A stretch of 64,000 bases of DNA from Escherichia coli (GTDB lineage: Bacteria > Pseudomonadota > Gammaproteobacteria > Enterobacterales > Enterobacteriaceae): NCBI RefSeq assembly GCF_003018115.1, contig NZ_CP027457.1, one strand, 5' to 3'. This document shows, piece by piece, positions 1-9,672 of this stretch. Numbering within the stretch: position 1 is the first letter of the stretch; each line of letters opens with the position of its first letter. Position numbers and translations under genes: made by a program. The notes under the pieces were generated by a model, which was given only the letters and a program-made list of their open reading frames with translations, ran no database searches and was not told the DNA's origin.

Positions 1-1388
1 CAATGCGTTTCGAAGCTTACGGCTGGCACGTTATTCGCGACATCGACGGCCATGACGCAGCATCCATCAAACGCGCAGTTGAAGAAGCGCGCGCAGTGAC
101 TGACAAACCGTCCCTGCTGATGTGCAAAACCATCATCGGTTTCGGTTCCCCGAACAAAGCCGGTACCCACGACTCCCACGGTGCGCCGCTGGGCGACGCT
201 GAAATTGCCCTGACCCGCGAACAGCTGGGCTGGAAATACGCGCCGTTCGAAATCCCGTCTGAAATCTATGCGCAGTGGGATGCGAAAGAAGCAGGTCAGG
301 CGAAAGAATCTGCATGGAACGAGAAGTTTGCTGCTTACGCCAAAGCTTATCCGCAGGAAGCTGCTGAATTCACCCGTCGTATGAAAGGCGAAATGCCGTC
401 TGACTTCGACGCGAAAGCGAAAGAGTTCATTGCTAAACTGCAGGCTAATCCGGCGAAAATCGCCAGCCGTAAAGCGTCTCAGAATGCTATTGAAGCGTTC
501 GGCCCGTTGTTGCCGGAATTCCTCGGCGGCTCTGCTGACCTGGCACCGTCTAACCTGACCCTGTGGTCTGGTTCTAAAGCAATCAACGAAGATGCTGCGG
601 GTAACTACATCCACTACGGTGTTCGCGAGTTCGGTATGACCGCGATTGCTAACGGTATCTCCCTGCACGGTGGTTTCCTGCCGTACACCTCCACCTTCCT
701 GATGTTCGTGGAATACGCACGTAACGCCGTACGTATGGCTGCGCTGATGAAACAGCGTCAGGTGATGGTTTACACCCACGACTCCATCGGTCTGGGCGAA
801 GACGGCCCGACTCACCAGCCGGTTGAGCAGGTCGCTTCTCTGCGCGTGACCCCGAACATGTCTACATGGCGTCCGTGTGACCAGGTTGAATCCGCGGTCG
901 CGTGGAAATACGGTGTTGAGCGTCAGGACGGTCCGACCGCGCTGATCCTCTCCCGTCAGAACCTGGCGCAGCAGGAGCGTACTGAAGAGCAACTGGCAAA
1001 CATCGCGCGCGGTGGTTATGTGCTGAAAGACTGTGCTGGTCAGCCGGAACTGATCTTCATCGCCACCGGTTCTGAAGTTGAACTGGCGGTTGCTGCCTAC
1101 GAAAAACTGACTGCCGAAGGCGTGAAAGCGCGCGTGGTTTCCATGCCGTCTACCGACGCATTCGACAAGCAGGACGCGGCTTACCGTGAGTCTGTCCTGC
1201 CGAAAGCGGTTACTGCACGCGTTGCGGTGGAAGCGGGTATTGCTGACTACTGGTACAAGTATGTTGGCCTGAACGGTGCTATCGTCGGTATGACCACCTT
1301 CGGTGAATCTGCTCCGGCAGAGCAACTCTTTGAAGAGTTCGGCTTCACCGTTGACAACGTTGTTGCGAAAGCAAAAGAACTGCTGTAA
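1..1388 (+). CDS. tktA: transketolase 1, C-terminal 461 codons; 5-prime end lies upstream of the window
   Basis: ORF 3..1388 is open to the window edge; translation has the transketolase motif region ([12 protein letters not shown]) and C-terminal domain, matching E. coli TktA; hairpin terminator follows the stop. Confidence 0.95.
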   Translation, partial: MRFEAYGWHVIRDIDGHDAASIKRAVEEARAVTDKPSLLMCKTIIGFGSPNKAGTHDSHGAPLGDAEIALTREQLGWKYAPFEIPSEIYAQWDAKEAGQAKESAWNEKFAAYAKAYPQEAAEFTRRMKGEMPSDFDAKAKEFIAKLQANPAKIASRKASQNAIEAFGPLLPEFLGGSADLAPSNLTLWSGSKAINEDAAGNYIHYGVREFGMTAIANGISLHGGFLPYTSTFLMFVEYARNAVRMAALMKQRQVMVYTHDSIGLGEDGPTHQPVEQVASLRVTPNMSTWRPCDQVESAVAWKYGVERQDGPTALILSRQNLAQQERTEEQLANIARGGYVLKDCAGQPELIFIATGSEVELAVAAYEKLTAEGVKARVVSMPSTDAFDKQDAAYRESVLPKAVTARVAVEAGIADYWYKYVGLNGAIVGMTTFGESAPAEQLFEEFGFTVDNVVAKAKELL

Positions 1389-1402
1389 TTAGCATTTTGG
1401 GT

Positions 1403-1430
1403 AAAAAGGTCGCTTCGGCGACCTTTTTTA
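1403..1430 (+). terminator. intrinsic terminator downstream of tktA
   Basis: GC stem aggtcgc/gcgacct with ttcg loop followed by a T-run. Confidence 0.7.
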
Positions 1431-1701
1431 TTACCTTGACATGTCCGTTTTCGGACGAGCAATAGATAAAGCGTGTTGTAGATCACAAATATTTATATGC
1501 AATAAATATCAATTATGTAATATGCATCACGATATGCGTGTTGACATTTGTTGTTATATCTATAACTCAATGTTATATAAGAAATTAATAATTCACTGTT
1601 TTCAAAACACCGGTTTCCCTGCTCAATTGCTTTCATTAAACCGCACGAGTATTTTATTTTTACCGCCGGACGGTACCCTAAAAATAAAATAAGGATAATT
1701 T

Positions 1702-2145
1702 ATGCGGCTTAGTGATTATTTTCCAGAATCATCAATCTCAGTTATACATTCAGCAAAAGATTGGCAGGAAGCTATCGATTTCTCGATGGTATCATTGCTG
1801 GATAAAAACTATATCAGCGAGAATTACATTCAGGCAATTAAAGATTCCACCATTAACAATGGCCCTTATTATATTCTCGCACCAGGCGTGGCAATGCCTC
1901 ATGCGCGACCGGAATGTGGGGCGCTTAAAACCGGGATGTCTTTGACATTACTTGAACAAGGTGTTTATTTTCCGGGGAATGACGAACCAATTAAATTACT
2001 CATCGGACTCTCTGCTGCCGATGCCGATTCGCACATTGGCGCTATTCAGGCGTTAAGTGAATTACTGTGCGAAGAAGAAATACTCGAACAACTCTTAACA
2101 GCATCATCAGAAAAACAATTAGCGGACATTATCAGCCGCGGATAA
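1702..2145 (+). CDS. cmtB: PTS enzyme IIA component, mannitol-type, cryptic (147 aa)
   Basis: ATG at 1702 preceded by aaggataa SD; length and sequence match recalled CmtB; lies directly upstream of an EIICB gene. Confidence 0.85.
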   Translation: MRLSDYFPESSISVIHSAKDWQEAIDFSMVSLLDKNYISENYIQAIKDSTINNGPYYILAPGVAMPHARPECGALKTGMSLTLLEQGVYFPGNDEPIKLLIGLSAADADSHIGAIQALSELLCEEEILEQLLTASSEKQLADIISRG

Positions 2146-2172
2146 TTACTCTCTCCTCTACAGGATAATATT

Positions 2173-3561
2173 ATGGAAAACAAGTCTGCTCGTGCAAAGG
2201 TCCAGGCTTTTGGGGGCTTTTTGACTGCAATGGTCATCCCCAATATTGGTGCTTTTATTGCCTGGGGTTTTATTACTGCGTTATTTATTCCCACCGGTTG
2301 GCTGCCTAACGAACATTTCGCCAAAATTGTCGGCCCGATGATTACCTATTTATTGCCCGTGATGATTGGTTCTACCGGTGGTCATCTGGTCGGCGGTAAA
2401 CGCGGCACGGTCATGGGCGGAATAGGTACTATTGGTGTGATCGTCGGCGCAGAGATCCCGATGTTCCTTGGCTCAATGATTATGGGGCCGCTCGGTGGGC
2501 TGGTCATAAAATATGTCGATAAGGCACTGGAAAAACGCATACCTGCTGGTTTTGAGATGGTTATCAATAACTTCTCATTAGGTATCGCGGGGATGCTCCT
2601 TTGCCTGCTGGGTTTTGAAGTGATCGGCCCGGCGGTGTTAATTGCCAATACTTTCGTCAAAGAGTGTATTGAGGCGCTGGTACATGCGGGTTATCTGCCT
2701 CTGCTGTCAGTCATCAATGAACCGGCGAAAGTGCTTTTCCTTAATAATGCGATCGATCAGGGCGTCTATTATCCGCTGGGAATGCAACAGGCTTCGGTTA
2801 ACGGTAAATCCATCTTCTTTATGGTGGCCTCTAACCCAGGTCCGGGCCTGGGGCTGCTGCTGGCGTTTACCTTGTTTGGTAAAGGGATGAGTAAACGTTC
2901 TGCGCCCGGGGCGATGATTATTCACTTCCTCGGTGGGATCCACGAACTGTATTTCCCATATGTGCTGATGAAGCCGCTGACTATTATTGCCATGATTGTG
3001 GGCGGTATGTCTGGCACCTGGATGTTTAACTTACTGGACGGTGGTCTGGTGGCTGGCCCAAGTCCGGGGTCTATCTTTGCTTACCTGGCGCTGACGCCGA
3101 AAGGTTCGTTCCTGGCGACAATTGCCGGTGTTACGGTAGGTACCCTGGTGTCCTTTGCTATCACTTCGCTGATACTGAAGATGGAAAAAACGGTGGAAAC
3201 GGAGAGCGAAGATGAGTTTGCTCAGTCAGCCAATGTGGTTAAGGCGATGAAACAAGAGGGTGCATTCTCGTTAAGCAGGGTTAAGCGTATCGCCTTTGTT
3301 TGCGATGCGGGGATGGGCTCCAGTGCGATGGGCGCGACCACCTTCCGTAAACGCCTGGAAAAAGCGGGGCTGGCAATTGAAGTAAAACATTACGCCATAG
3401 AAAACGTGCCTGCGGATGCGGATATCGTCGTTACTCATGCCAGTCTGGAAGGGCGCGTGAAACGTGTGACGGATAAACCACTGATATTGATTAATAACTA
3501 TATTGGCGATCCAAAACTCGACACTTTATTTAATCAATTAACCGCCGAACATAAACACTGA
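2173..3561 (+). CDS. cmtA: PTS enzyme IICB component, mannitol-type, cryptic (462 aa)
   Basis: Polytopic membrane protein with EIIC-like hydrophobic core and C-terminal EIIB-like domain (FVCDAGMGSS); length matches CmtA. Confidence 0.85.
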   Translation: MENKSARAKVQAFGGFLTAMVIPNIGAFIAWGFITALFIPTGWLPNEHFAKIVGPMITYLLPVMIGSTGGHLVGGKRGTVMGGIGTIGVIVGAEIPMFLGSMIMGPLGGLVIKYVDKALEKRIPAGFEMVINNFSLGIAGMLLCLLGFEVIGPAVLIANTFVKECIEALVHAGYLPLLSVINEPAKVLFLNNAIDQGVYYPLGMQQASVNGKSIFFMVASNPGPGLGLLLAFTLFGKGMSKRSAPGAMIIHFLGGIHELYFPYVLMKPLTIIAMIVGGMSGTWMFNLLDGGLVAGPSPGSIFAYLALTPKGSFLATIAGVTVGTLVSFAITSLILKMEKTVETESEDEFAQSANVVKAMKQEGAFSLSRVKRIAFVCDAGMGSSAMGATTFRKRLEKAGLAIEVKHYAIENVPADADIVVTHASLEGRVKRVTDKPLILINNYIGDPKLDTLFNQLTAEHKH

Positions 3562-3575
3562 TTACAGAGGTAAAA

Positions 3576-4853
3576 ATGAAAACCAAAGTTGCTGCTATTT
3601 ATGGCAAGCGGGATGTCCGTCTGCGCGAATTTGAACTACCAGAAATTACCGATAATGAATTACTGGTGAGTGTGATTTCTGACAGCGTCTGTTTATCCAC
3701 CTGGAAAGCGGCGTTACTCGGTAGTGAACATAAACGCGTACCCGACGATTTAGAAAATCATCCGGTCATTACCGGGCATGAATGTGCCGGGGTTATTGTC
3801 GAAGTGGGTAAAAATCTCACTGGCAAATATAAAAAAGGCCAGCGTTTTGTATTGCAACCGGCGATGGGATTACCAAGCGGATATTCAGCGGGCTACAGCT
3901 ACGAATATTTTGGCGGCAATGCCACTTATATGATTATTCCCGAAATCGCCATTAATTTGGGCTGCGTATTACCGTATCACGGCTCTTATTTTGCTGCGGC
4001 GTCGCTGGCAGAGCCTATGTGCTGCATTATTGGTGCTTATCATGCCAATTATCACACCACGCAATATGTTTATGAGCATCGCATGGGCGTCAAACCTGGC
4101 GGCAATATTGCGCTACTGGCGTGTGCAGGTCCGATGGGCATTGGCGCTATAGATTACGCCATTAACGGCGGCATACAACCGTCGCGGGTGGTGGTGGTCG
4201 ATATCGACGACACACGTCTGGCGCAGGTACAGAAGCTGCTGCCGGTGGAACTGGCGGCCAGTAAAGGCATTGAGCTGGTGTATGTGAATACCAAAGGGAT
4301 GAGCGATCCTGTCCAGATGCTGCGGGCGCTGACAGGAGATGCCGGGTTCGATGACATTTTTGTTTATGCGGCGGTGCCTGCTGTCGTTGAGATGGCTGAT
4401 GAATTACTGGCGGAAGATGGCTGTCTGAACTTCTTTGCCGGGCCGACGGATAAAAACTTCAAAGTGCCGTTTAATTTCTACAACGTTCATTACAACAGCA
4501 CGCACGTCGTCGGTACATCCGGCGGTTCAACGGACGACATGAAAGAGGCGATTGCCCTTAGCGCCACTGGGCAGTTACAGCCGTCGTTTATGGTGACCCA
4601 TATCGGTGGCCTGGATGCGGTGCCAGAAACCGTGCTCAATCTGCCGGATATCCCTGGCGGTAAAAAACTCATTTATAACGGCGTGACCATGCCGCTCACT
4701 GCCATTGCCGATTTTGCCGAAAAAGGCAAAACCGATCCGCTGTTTAAAGAGTTGGCGCGGCTGGTTGAGAAAACGCACGGCATCTGGAATGAACAGGCCG
4801 AGAAATATCTGCTGGCACAATTTGGCGTTGATATCGGGGAGGCCGCGCAATGA
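3576..4853 (+). CDS. yggP: putative zinc-binding medium-chain dehydrogenase (425 aa)
   Basis: GHECAGVIVEVG zinc-ADH-like motif and a Rossmann-like GPMGIGAID stretch; position between cmtA and yggF. Confidence 0.75.
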   Translation: MKTKVAAIYGKRDVRLREFELPEITDNELLVSVISDSVCLSTWKAALLGSEHKRVPDDLENHPVITGHECAGVIVEVGKNLTGKYKKGQRFVLQPAMGLPSGYSAGYSYEYFGGNATYMIIPEIAINLGCVLPYHGSYFAAASLAEPMCCIIGAYHANYHTTQYVYEHRMGVKPGGNIALLACAGPMGIGAIDYAINGGIQPSRVVVVDIDDTRLAQVQKLLPVELAASKGIELVYVNTKGMSDPVQMLRALTGDAGFDDIFVYAAVPAVVEMADELLAEDGCLNFFAGPTDKNFKVPFNFYNVHYNSTHVVGTSGGSTDDMKEAIALSATGQLQPSFMVTHIGGLDAVPETVLNLPDIPGGKKLIYNGVTMPLTAIADFAEKGKTDPLFKELARLVEKTHGIWNEQAEKYLLAQFGVDIGEAAQ

Positions 4854-5815
4854 TGTCCCTGGCGTGGCCATTATTTCGCGTTACGGAACAGGCAGCGTTG
4901 GCTGCCTGGCCGCAAACCGGATGTGGCGACAAAAATAAAATTGATGGCCTGGCGGTCACCGCGATGCGCCAGGCATTAAACGAAGTCGCTTTTCGTGGAC
5001 GAGTGGTTATCGGCGAAGGAGAAATTGACCATGCGCCGATGCTGTGGATTGGAGAAGAGGTGGGCAAAGGCGATGGGCCAGAAGTCGATATCGCGGTTGA
5101 TCCCATTGAAGGCACGCGGATGGTGGCGATGGGGCAGAGCAATGCGCTGGCGGTCATGGCTTTCGCCCCTCGAGATAGCCTGTTACATGCGCCCGATATG
5201 TATATGAAAAAGCTGGTTGTTAATCGACTGGCTGCCGGGGCGATTGATCTGTCTTTGCCTCTGGCGGACAACTTGCGTAACGTGGCGCGGGCGTTAGGTA
5301 AACCGCTGGACAAGCTGCGCATGGTTACGCTGGATAAACCGCGTCTGAGTGCCGCGATTGAAGAAGCAACACAGCTGGGCGTGAAGGTTTTTGCCCTGCC
5401 GGATGGCGATGTCGCCGCCAGCGTGCTGACCTGCTGGCAGGATAATCCTTACGATGTGATGTACACCATCGGCGGTGCGCCGGAAGGCGTGATTTCTGCC
5501 TGTGCCGTTAAAGCATTAGGCGGGGATATGCAGGCCGAGCTGATTGACTTTTGTCAGGCTAAAGGGGATTACACGGAAAATCGGCAGATTGCAGAGCAGG
5601 AGCGCAAGCGTTGCAAGGCAATGGGCGTTGACGTTAACCGTGTGTACTCGCTCGATGAACTGGTGAGGGGGAACGATATCCTCTTTAGCGCTACGGGCGT
5701 GACGGGCGGTGAGCTGGTGAACGGTATCCAACAGACGGCGAATGGGGTGCGGACGCAGACATTACTGATCGGCGGCGCGGACCAAACGTGTAATATAATA
5801 GACTCCCTGCATTGA
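4850..5815 (+). CDS. yggF: class II fructose-1,6-bisphosphatase paralogue, GlpX-like (321 aa)
   Basis: Start overlaps yggP stop as ATGA; sequence resembles GlpX-family FBPase; length matches YggF. Confidence 0.8.
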   Translation: MMSLAWPLFRVTEQAALAAWPQTGCGDKNKIDGLAVTAMRQALNEVAFRGRVVIGEGEIDHAPMLWIGEEVGKGDGPEVDIAVDPIEGTRMVAMGQSNALAVMAFAPRDSLLHAPDMYMKKLVVNRLAAGAIDLSLPLADNLRNVARALGKPLDKLRMVTLDKPRLSAAIEEATQLGVKVFALPDGDVAASVLTCWQDNPYDVMYTIGGAPEGVISACAVKALGGDMQAELIDFCQAKGDYTENRQIAEQERKRCKAMGVDVNRVYSLDELVRGNDILFSATGVTGGELVNGIQQTANGVRTQTLLIGGADQTCNIIDSLH

Positions 5816-5836
5816 TGGTGATCTATCGGAAGACCA

Positions 5837-6346
5837 ATGGCGACGCTGACAGAAGATGATGTGCTTGAGCAACTGGATGCACAGGACAATTTATTTTCAT
5901 TTATGAAAACGGCGCATTCTATTTTGCTCCAGGGGATACGCCAGTTTCTACCGTCGCTGTTTGTCGATAACGATGAAGAGATCGTCGAATATGCAGTGAA
6001 GCCGTTACTCGCCCAAAGCGGCCCGCTTGACGATATTGATGTTGCGCTGCGTTTGATTTATGCGCTGGGGAAAATGGATAAATGGCTGTACGCCGATATC
6101 ACGCACTTTTCCCAGTTCTGGCATTACCTGAACGAACAGGATGAAATGCCCGGATTTGCCGATGACATGACCTGGGATTTTATCAGCAACGTCAATAGCA
6201 TAACCCGCAATGCGACGCTCTATGACGCGTTGAAAGCGATGAAGTTCGCCGATTTCGCCGTCTGGTCAGAGGCGCGTTTTAGCGGGATGGTCAAAACGGC
6301 GCTGACGCTGGCAGTAACGACAACCTTAAAGGAATTAACGCCGTGA
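5837..6346 (+). CDS. yggD: MtlR-like small regulatory protein (169 aa)
   Basis: ATG at 5837; 169 aa; position and size match YggD. Confidence 0.75.
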   Translation: MATLTEDDVLEQLDAQDNLFSFMKTAHSILLQGIRQFLPSLFVDNDEEIVEYAVKPLLAQSGPLDDIDVALRLIYALGKMDKWLYADITHFSQFWHYLNEQDEMPGFADDMTWDFISNVNSITRNATLYDALKAMKFADFAVWSEARFSGMVKTALTLAVTTTLKELTP

Positions 6347-7056
6347 AAATTGAATTAACGGTGAATGGTCTGAAGGTACAGGCACAGTACCATGATGATG
6401 AGATAGAAAATGTACATAAACCGTTGCTGCGCATGTTGGCGGCCTTACAGACGGTAAATCCGCAGCGGCGTACGGTAGTTTTTCTTTGCGCTCCGCCGGG
6501 GACGGGGAAATCTACCCTAACCACCTTCTGGGAATATCTCGCACAACAAGACCCGGAACTACCCGCTATTCAGACGCTCCCGATGGATGGTTTTCACCAT
6601 TACAATAGCTGGCTGGATGCGCATCAATTGCGCCCCTTCAAAGGCGCACCAGAGACATTTGACGTTGCGAAACTGGCGGAAAATCTGCGCCAGGTAATGG
6701 AAGGGGATTGTACGTGGCCACAGTACGATCGACAAAAGCATGATCCTGTTGAAGATGCGTTGCACGTTACCGCACCACTCGTCATCGTCGAAGGAAACTG
6801 GTTGTTGCTGGACGACGAGAAGTGGTGCCAGCTTGCGCAATTTTGTGATTTCTCGATCTTTATCAACGCGCCAGCTACTGCGTTGCGGGAACGACTGGTG
6901 GGGCGCAAGCTGGCGGGAGGGTTATCGCTGGCAGACGCAGAAGCCTTTTATGACCGTACCGATGGGCCGAATGTTCGCCGGGTGCTGGAAGAGAGTCTGC
7001 CTGCACATTTGACCTTAATAATGACCGCTACGGGTGAATATCGTCTGGTGGATTAA
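6343..7056 (+). CDS. yggC: P-loop nucleoside/pantothenate-kinase-like protein (237 aa)
   Basis: GTG start overlapping yggD stop as GTGA; Walker A motif APPGTGKST; 3-prime end overlaps the convergent ATPase gene. Confidence 0.8.
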   Translation: MKIELTVNGLKVQAQYHDDEIENVHKPLLRMLAALQTVNPQRRTVVFLCAPPGTGKSTLTTFWEYLAQQDPELPAIQTLPMDGFHHYNSWLDAHQLRPFKGAPETFDVAKLAENLRQVMEGDCTWPQYDRQKHDPVEDALHVTAPLVIVEGNWLLLDDEKWCQLAQFCDFSIFINAPATALRERLVGRKLAGGLSLADAEAFYDRTDGPNVRRVLEESLPAHLTLIMTATGEYRLVD

Positions 7057-7705
7057 CGTTCCTGATTACACCATCTTCCAGTCGCACCACCCGAGAGAAA
7101 TGACGCCGGGTAAATGCGGCGTCATGACTGATTGCTACGACGCTCGTGCCTCGCTGGCGGCACTTTTCCAGCCAGCTTTCAAACACGCTCATCCAATTTT
7201 CGTCAAAATCCCGACTCGGCTCGTCCAGCAGCAATAGCGGCGGAGAGAGTGCTTCCAGGCAGGCGACGGCGACCATCCGTCGCTGCGCACTATGCAGATC
7301 TAACGGATGCGCGCTGGCAGTGTCTGCTAACTGACAGCATTGCAGGGCAGCATGGGTACGTTGAGTGATTTCATCCGCCGGGCATTTTTGCAGTTTCAAA
7401 CCAAATGCGATCTCGTCGGCGACGGTGCTGTGAAAAAGCTGGTTTTCCGCTTCCTGAAACAGTACGCCAATCTTTGCTGCACGTTGGCGGTTTTTCAGGT
7501 TTTTCATCGCCTGTTGTTGCAATATAACCGTACCGGTTGTGGGCGTAAGAAGACCTGCCATTACTCGTAACAGCGTCGATTTTCCCGCGCCATTGTCGCC
7601 GGTCAGCGCCAACCATTCACCTTGTTTGAGTTGCAGAGAAATGTCGCAAAGACAATCCGTTGCCGCGCCAGGCCAGCGATAAGTTATCTGATTTAACGTT
7701 AGCAT
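7028..7705 (-). CDS. ABC-type ATPase (225 aa) with a degenerate signature motif; putative EcfA-like subunit 2
   Basis: Walker A GDNGAGKST, Q-loop FQEAE, Walker B LLLLDEPS, H-loop ISHD, but signature is LHSAQ instead of LSGGQ; its ATG overlaps the stop of the upstream ATPase (ATGCTAA). Confidence 0.8.
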   Translation of the reverse strand: MLTLNQITYRWPGAATDCLCDISLQLKQGEWLALTGDNGAGKSTLLRVMAGLLTPTTGTVILQQQAMKNLKNRQRAAKIGVLFQEAENQLFHSTVADEIAFGLKLQKCPADEITQRTHAALQCCQLADTASAHPLDLHSAQRRMVAVACLEALSPPLLLLDEPSRDFDENWMSVFESWLEKCRQRGTSVVAISHDAAFTRRHFSRVVRLEDGVIRNVNPPDDIHP

Positions 7706-8376
7706 AGTGGCTGGAGCGCTCCGTTTTGCAATTGCCAGGCTTGCTGGCAGTAGTTCAGGAAAGGTGTGCGATGACGTTCAAAAAGAATAATCAGCGAACC
7801 ACGTTCAAGCGCCCAGTGTTGTAAGCGCTGCAACAGCATTTCGCTGGCCTGCGGCGTCAGGCGACTAAAGGCTTCATCAAGTATTAAGAGCTTTGGCTGC
7901 ATCGCGATGGCGCAGGCGATGACCACGCGCTGTGTCTCTCCACCGGAGAGTGTTGCCGGGTGACGATGGCGCAACGGCTGGCACTCGGTCAGAGTCAGGG
8001 CGGCATCAATCCGCGCCATAATCTCTTCTTCAGCAAGACACAGATTTTCTGGCCCAAAGGCAACTTCTTCTTCCACGCTAAAGGTACAGCCGGAGAGCTG
8101 CAAATAGGGCGATTGCTGAACGAGCTGGATGGTGGCGGATTGTTCATTAAGCGGGAGATGCCCAATGGGCGTACCGAGAAGCGTCCCCGTGCCGGTTATC
8201 TCTCCTGGCAGAAAGTCCGGATACCAGCCCGCCATCAGCTGTGCCAGCGTACTTTTGCCACTGCCGTTGTCACCAAAGATGGCGACCATCCCCGGTTTGA
8301 CATAGTGAAAGTCATAACAGAACGGAGGATGCGTTGAGTGTGTCGGGCAATAACGGAACTGTTCTAACGTAACCAT
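7699..8376 (-). CDS. ABC-type ATPase (225 aa from ATG 8376; alternative GTG start at 8382) with canonical motifs; putative EcfA-like subunit 1
   Basis: Walker A GDNGSGKST, Q-loop QQSP, signature LSGGETQRV, Walker B LLILDEA; GGAG SD 7 nt upstream of the 8376 ATG. Confidence 0.8.
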   Translation of the reverse strand: MVTLEQFRYCPTHSTHPPFCYDFHYVKPGMVAIFGDNGSGKSTLAQLMAGWYPDFLPGEITGTGTLLGTPIGHLPLNEQSATIQLVQQSPYLQLSGCTFSVEEEVAFGPENLCLAEEEIMARIDAALTLTECQPLRHRHPATLSGGETQRVVIACAIAMQPKLLILDEAFSRLTPQASEMLLQRLQHWALERGSLIILFERHRTPFLNYCQQAWQLQNGALQPLC

Positions 8377-9071
8377 ATCCACGCTCCGAATTCTGTCAGC
8401 ATCAGCAAGATCATGGTGTAACGCGCTACGCGTTGTAGGGTGCTATCGGCTGGTGCCCACAACGTTGTTCGTCGGTTGTGGATCCGAAATGCCCGCATAT
8501 CCAGCGCCGCACCACGGACAGCAAGATTGTTTAGCGCATTGTGTGTTAGCGGAATAATTAACGCGGGCATCGCACGTAAACGCTGATACCAGCCCTCATC
8601 CAGCGGCACGCCGCGGGCACGCTGCGCTTCATGAATAATCGCTAATTGCCGTTTTAACTGCTCAACGACCAATAACGGCCCGGCAAACAGATAAGCGACG
8701 CCTGGCGGCAGGCGAGAAGCAAACAGAGCGCGGATAAAACATTGCACGGGGACGTACTGCATCCACAACTGTGAGGTTGAAACAATCGCCAGAATCCGCA
8801 ACCAGAGCGTAATAGCATGCGTCCAACGCTCCGGCGAACGCGGCGTGCCGCTTAGCCATTCTGTTAGCCAGCCACCGTGTACCAGCCACAGCCCGGCTCC
8901 CAGCGAGAACATCAGCCAGACGACATATTTTGCCCGCCGCCGCGTGGCCTTTAGCGCAATAAGGCAGAAAAAGGTCGCCGCGCTATAGACTGGCAGTATT
9001 GTCTGTGTGGGCAGGATAAGCGTGGTGCAGGCCGCCAATGCCCATAGTGTTAATGAGGTAAATGGATGCAT
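8364..9071 (-). CDS. EcfT/CbiQ-like transmembrane component (235 aa)
   Basis: Polytopic hydrophobic protein containing an EAQRARGVPLD stretch resembling the CbiQ/EcfT coupling motif; its ATG directly abuts the stop of the upstream gene (TAAATG). Confidence 0.7.
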   Translation of the reverse strand: MHPFTSLTLWALAACTTLILPTQTILPVYSAATFFCLIALKATRRRAKYVVWLMFSLGAGLWLVHGGWLTEWLSGTPRSPERWTHAITLWLRILAIVSTSQLWMQYVPVQCFIRALFASRLPPGVAYLFAGPLLVVEQLKRQLAIIHEAQRARGVPLDEGWYQRLRAMPALIIPLTHNALNNLAVRGAALDMRAFRIHNRRTTLWAPADSTLQRVARYTMILLMLTEFGAWIWLR

Positions 9072-9650
9072 TTAGCGCACGGCAGCCATTGCCGGAAAAT
9101 GGCGCGTGGTGCGAATCGGCAGCTGGCGCAGTAAAAGCCAGACAATCACCGCTGTAAGAGTTTTATCGACCAGGTTCGCGCCTATCACCGTAATCGCCAC
9201 CGACTCCACCAGGTTTTGCCCCATCGAGTGCATCCAGGCAACGAACAAATCGGCTCCGCTACCGGTGACACCGCCGAACAGCGCAGTACGCAGCGGTACA
9301 GCGACGACCGTTACCGCAAGCGTAATAATCACGCCGCTGACAACGACTTTTGGCAGGGTGCGAAACCAACCCGCTCGCGCCAGCCAACCGGCGACCAGGC
9401 CGATGACCATCGCGACGGGTGCAAATGCGGCGGCGATCGGGTCGGTCAGCAATCCCCAGAGTAAATTGGTCAGTAAGCCGGTCAGCATTCCGATCACCGG
9501 ACCAAGCAGTACCGCGCTAATAAGTGTGCCGATGGAGTCGAGAAATATAGGTAATTTGACCATGCTGGCCAGTTGCCCGCCGATCATATTGATGGCGATA
9601 GATATAACGATCAACACCAGTGCCTGACTGGAAAAGTGGCTACGCGCCAT
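9072..9650 (-). CDS. ECF-transporter S-component-like small integral membrane protein (192 aa from ATG at 9650; ORF track extends to a TTG at 9749)
   Basis: About six predicted TM helices with an N-terminal FLDSIGT motif; GAGAGG SD upstream of the 9650 ATG. Confidence 0.6.
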   Translation of the reverse strand: MARSHFSSQALVLIVISIAINMIGGQLASMVKLPIFLDSIGTLISAVLLGPVIGMLTGLLTNLLWGLLTDPIAAAFAPVAMVIGLVAGWLARAGWFRTLPKVVVSGVIITLAVTVVAVPLRTALFGGVTGSGADLFVAWMHSMGQNLVESVAITVIGANLVDKTLTAVIVWLLLRQLPIRTTRHFPAMAAVR

Positions 9651-9672
9651 AAGAAAACCTCTCTGAAAGTAG

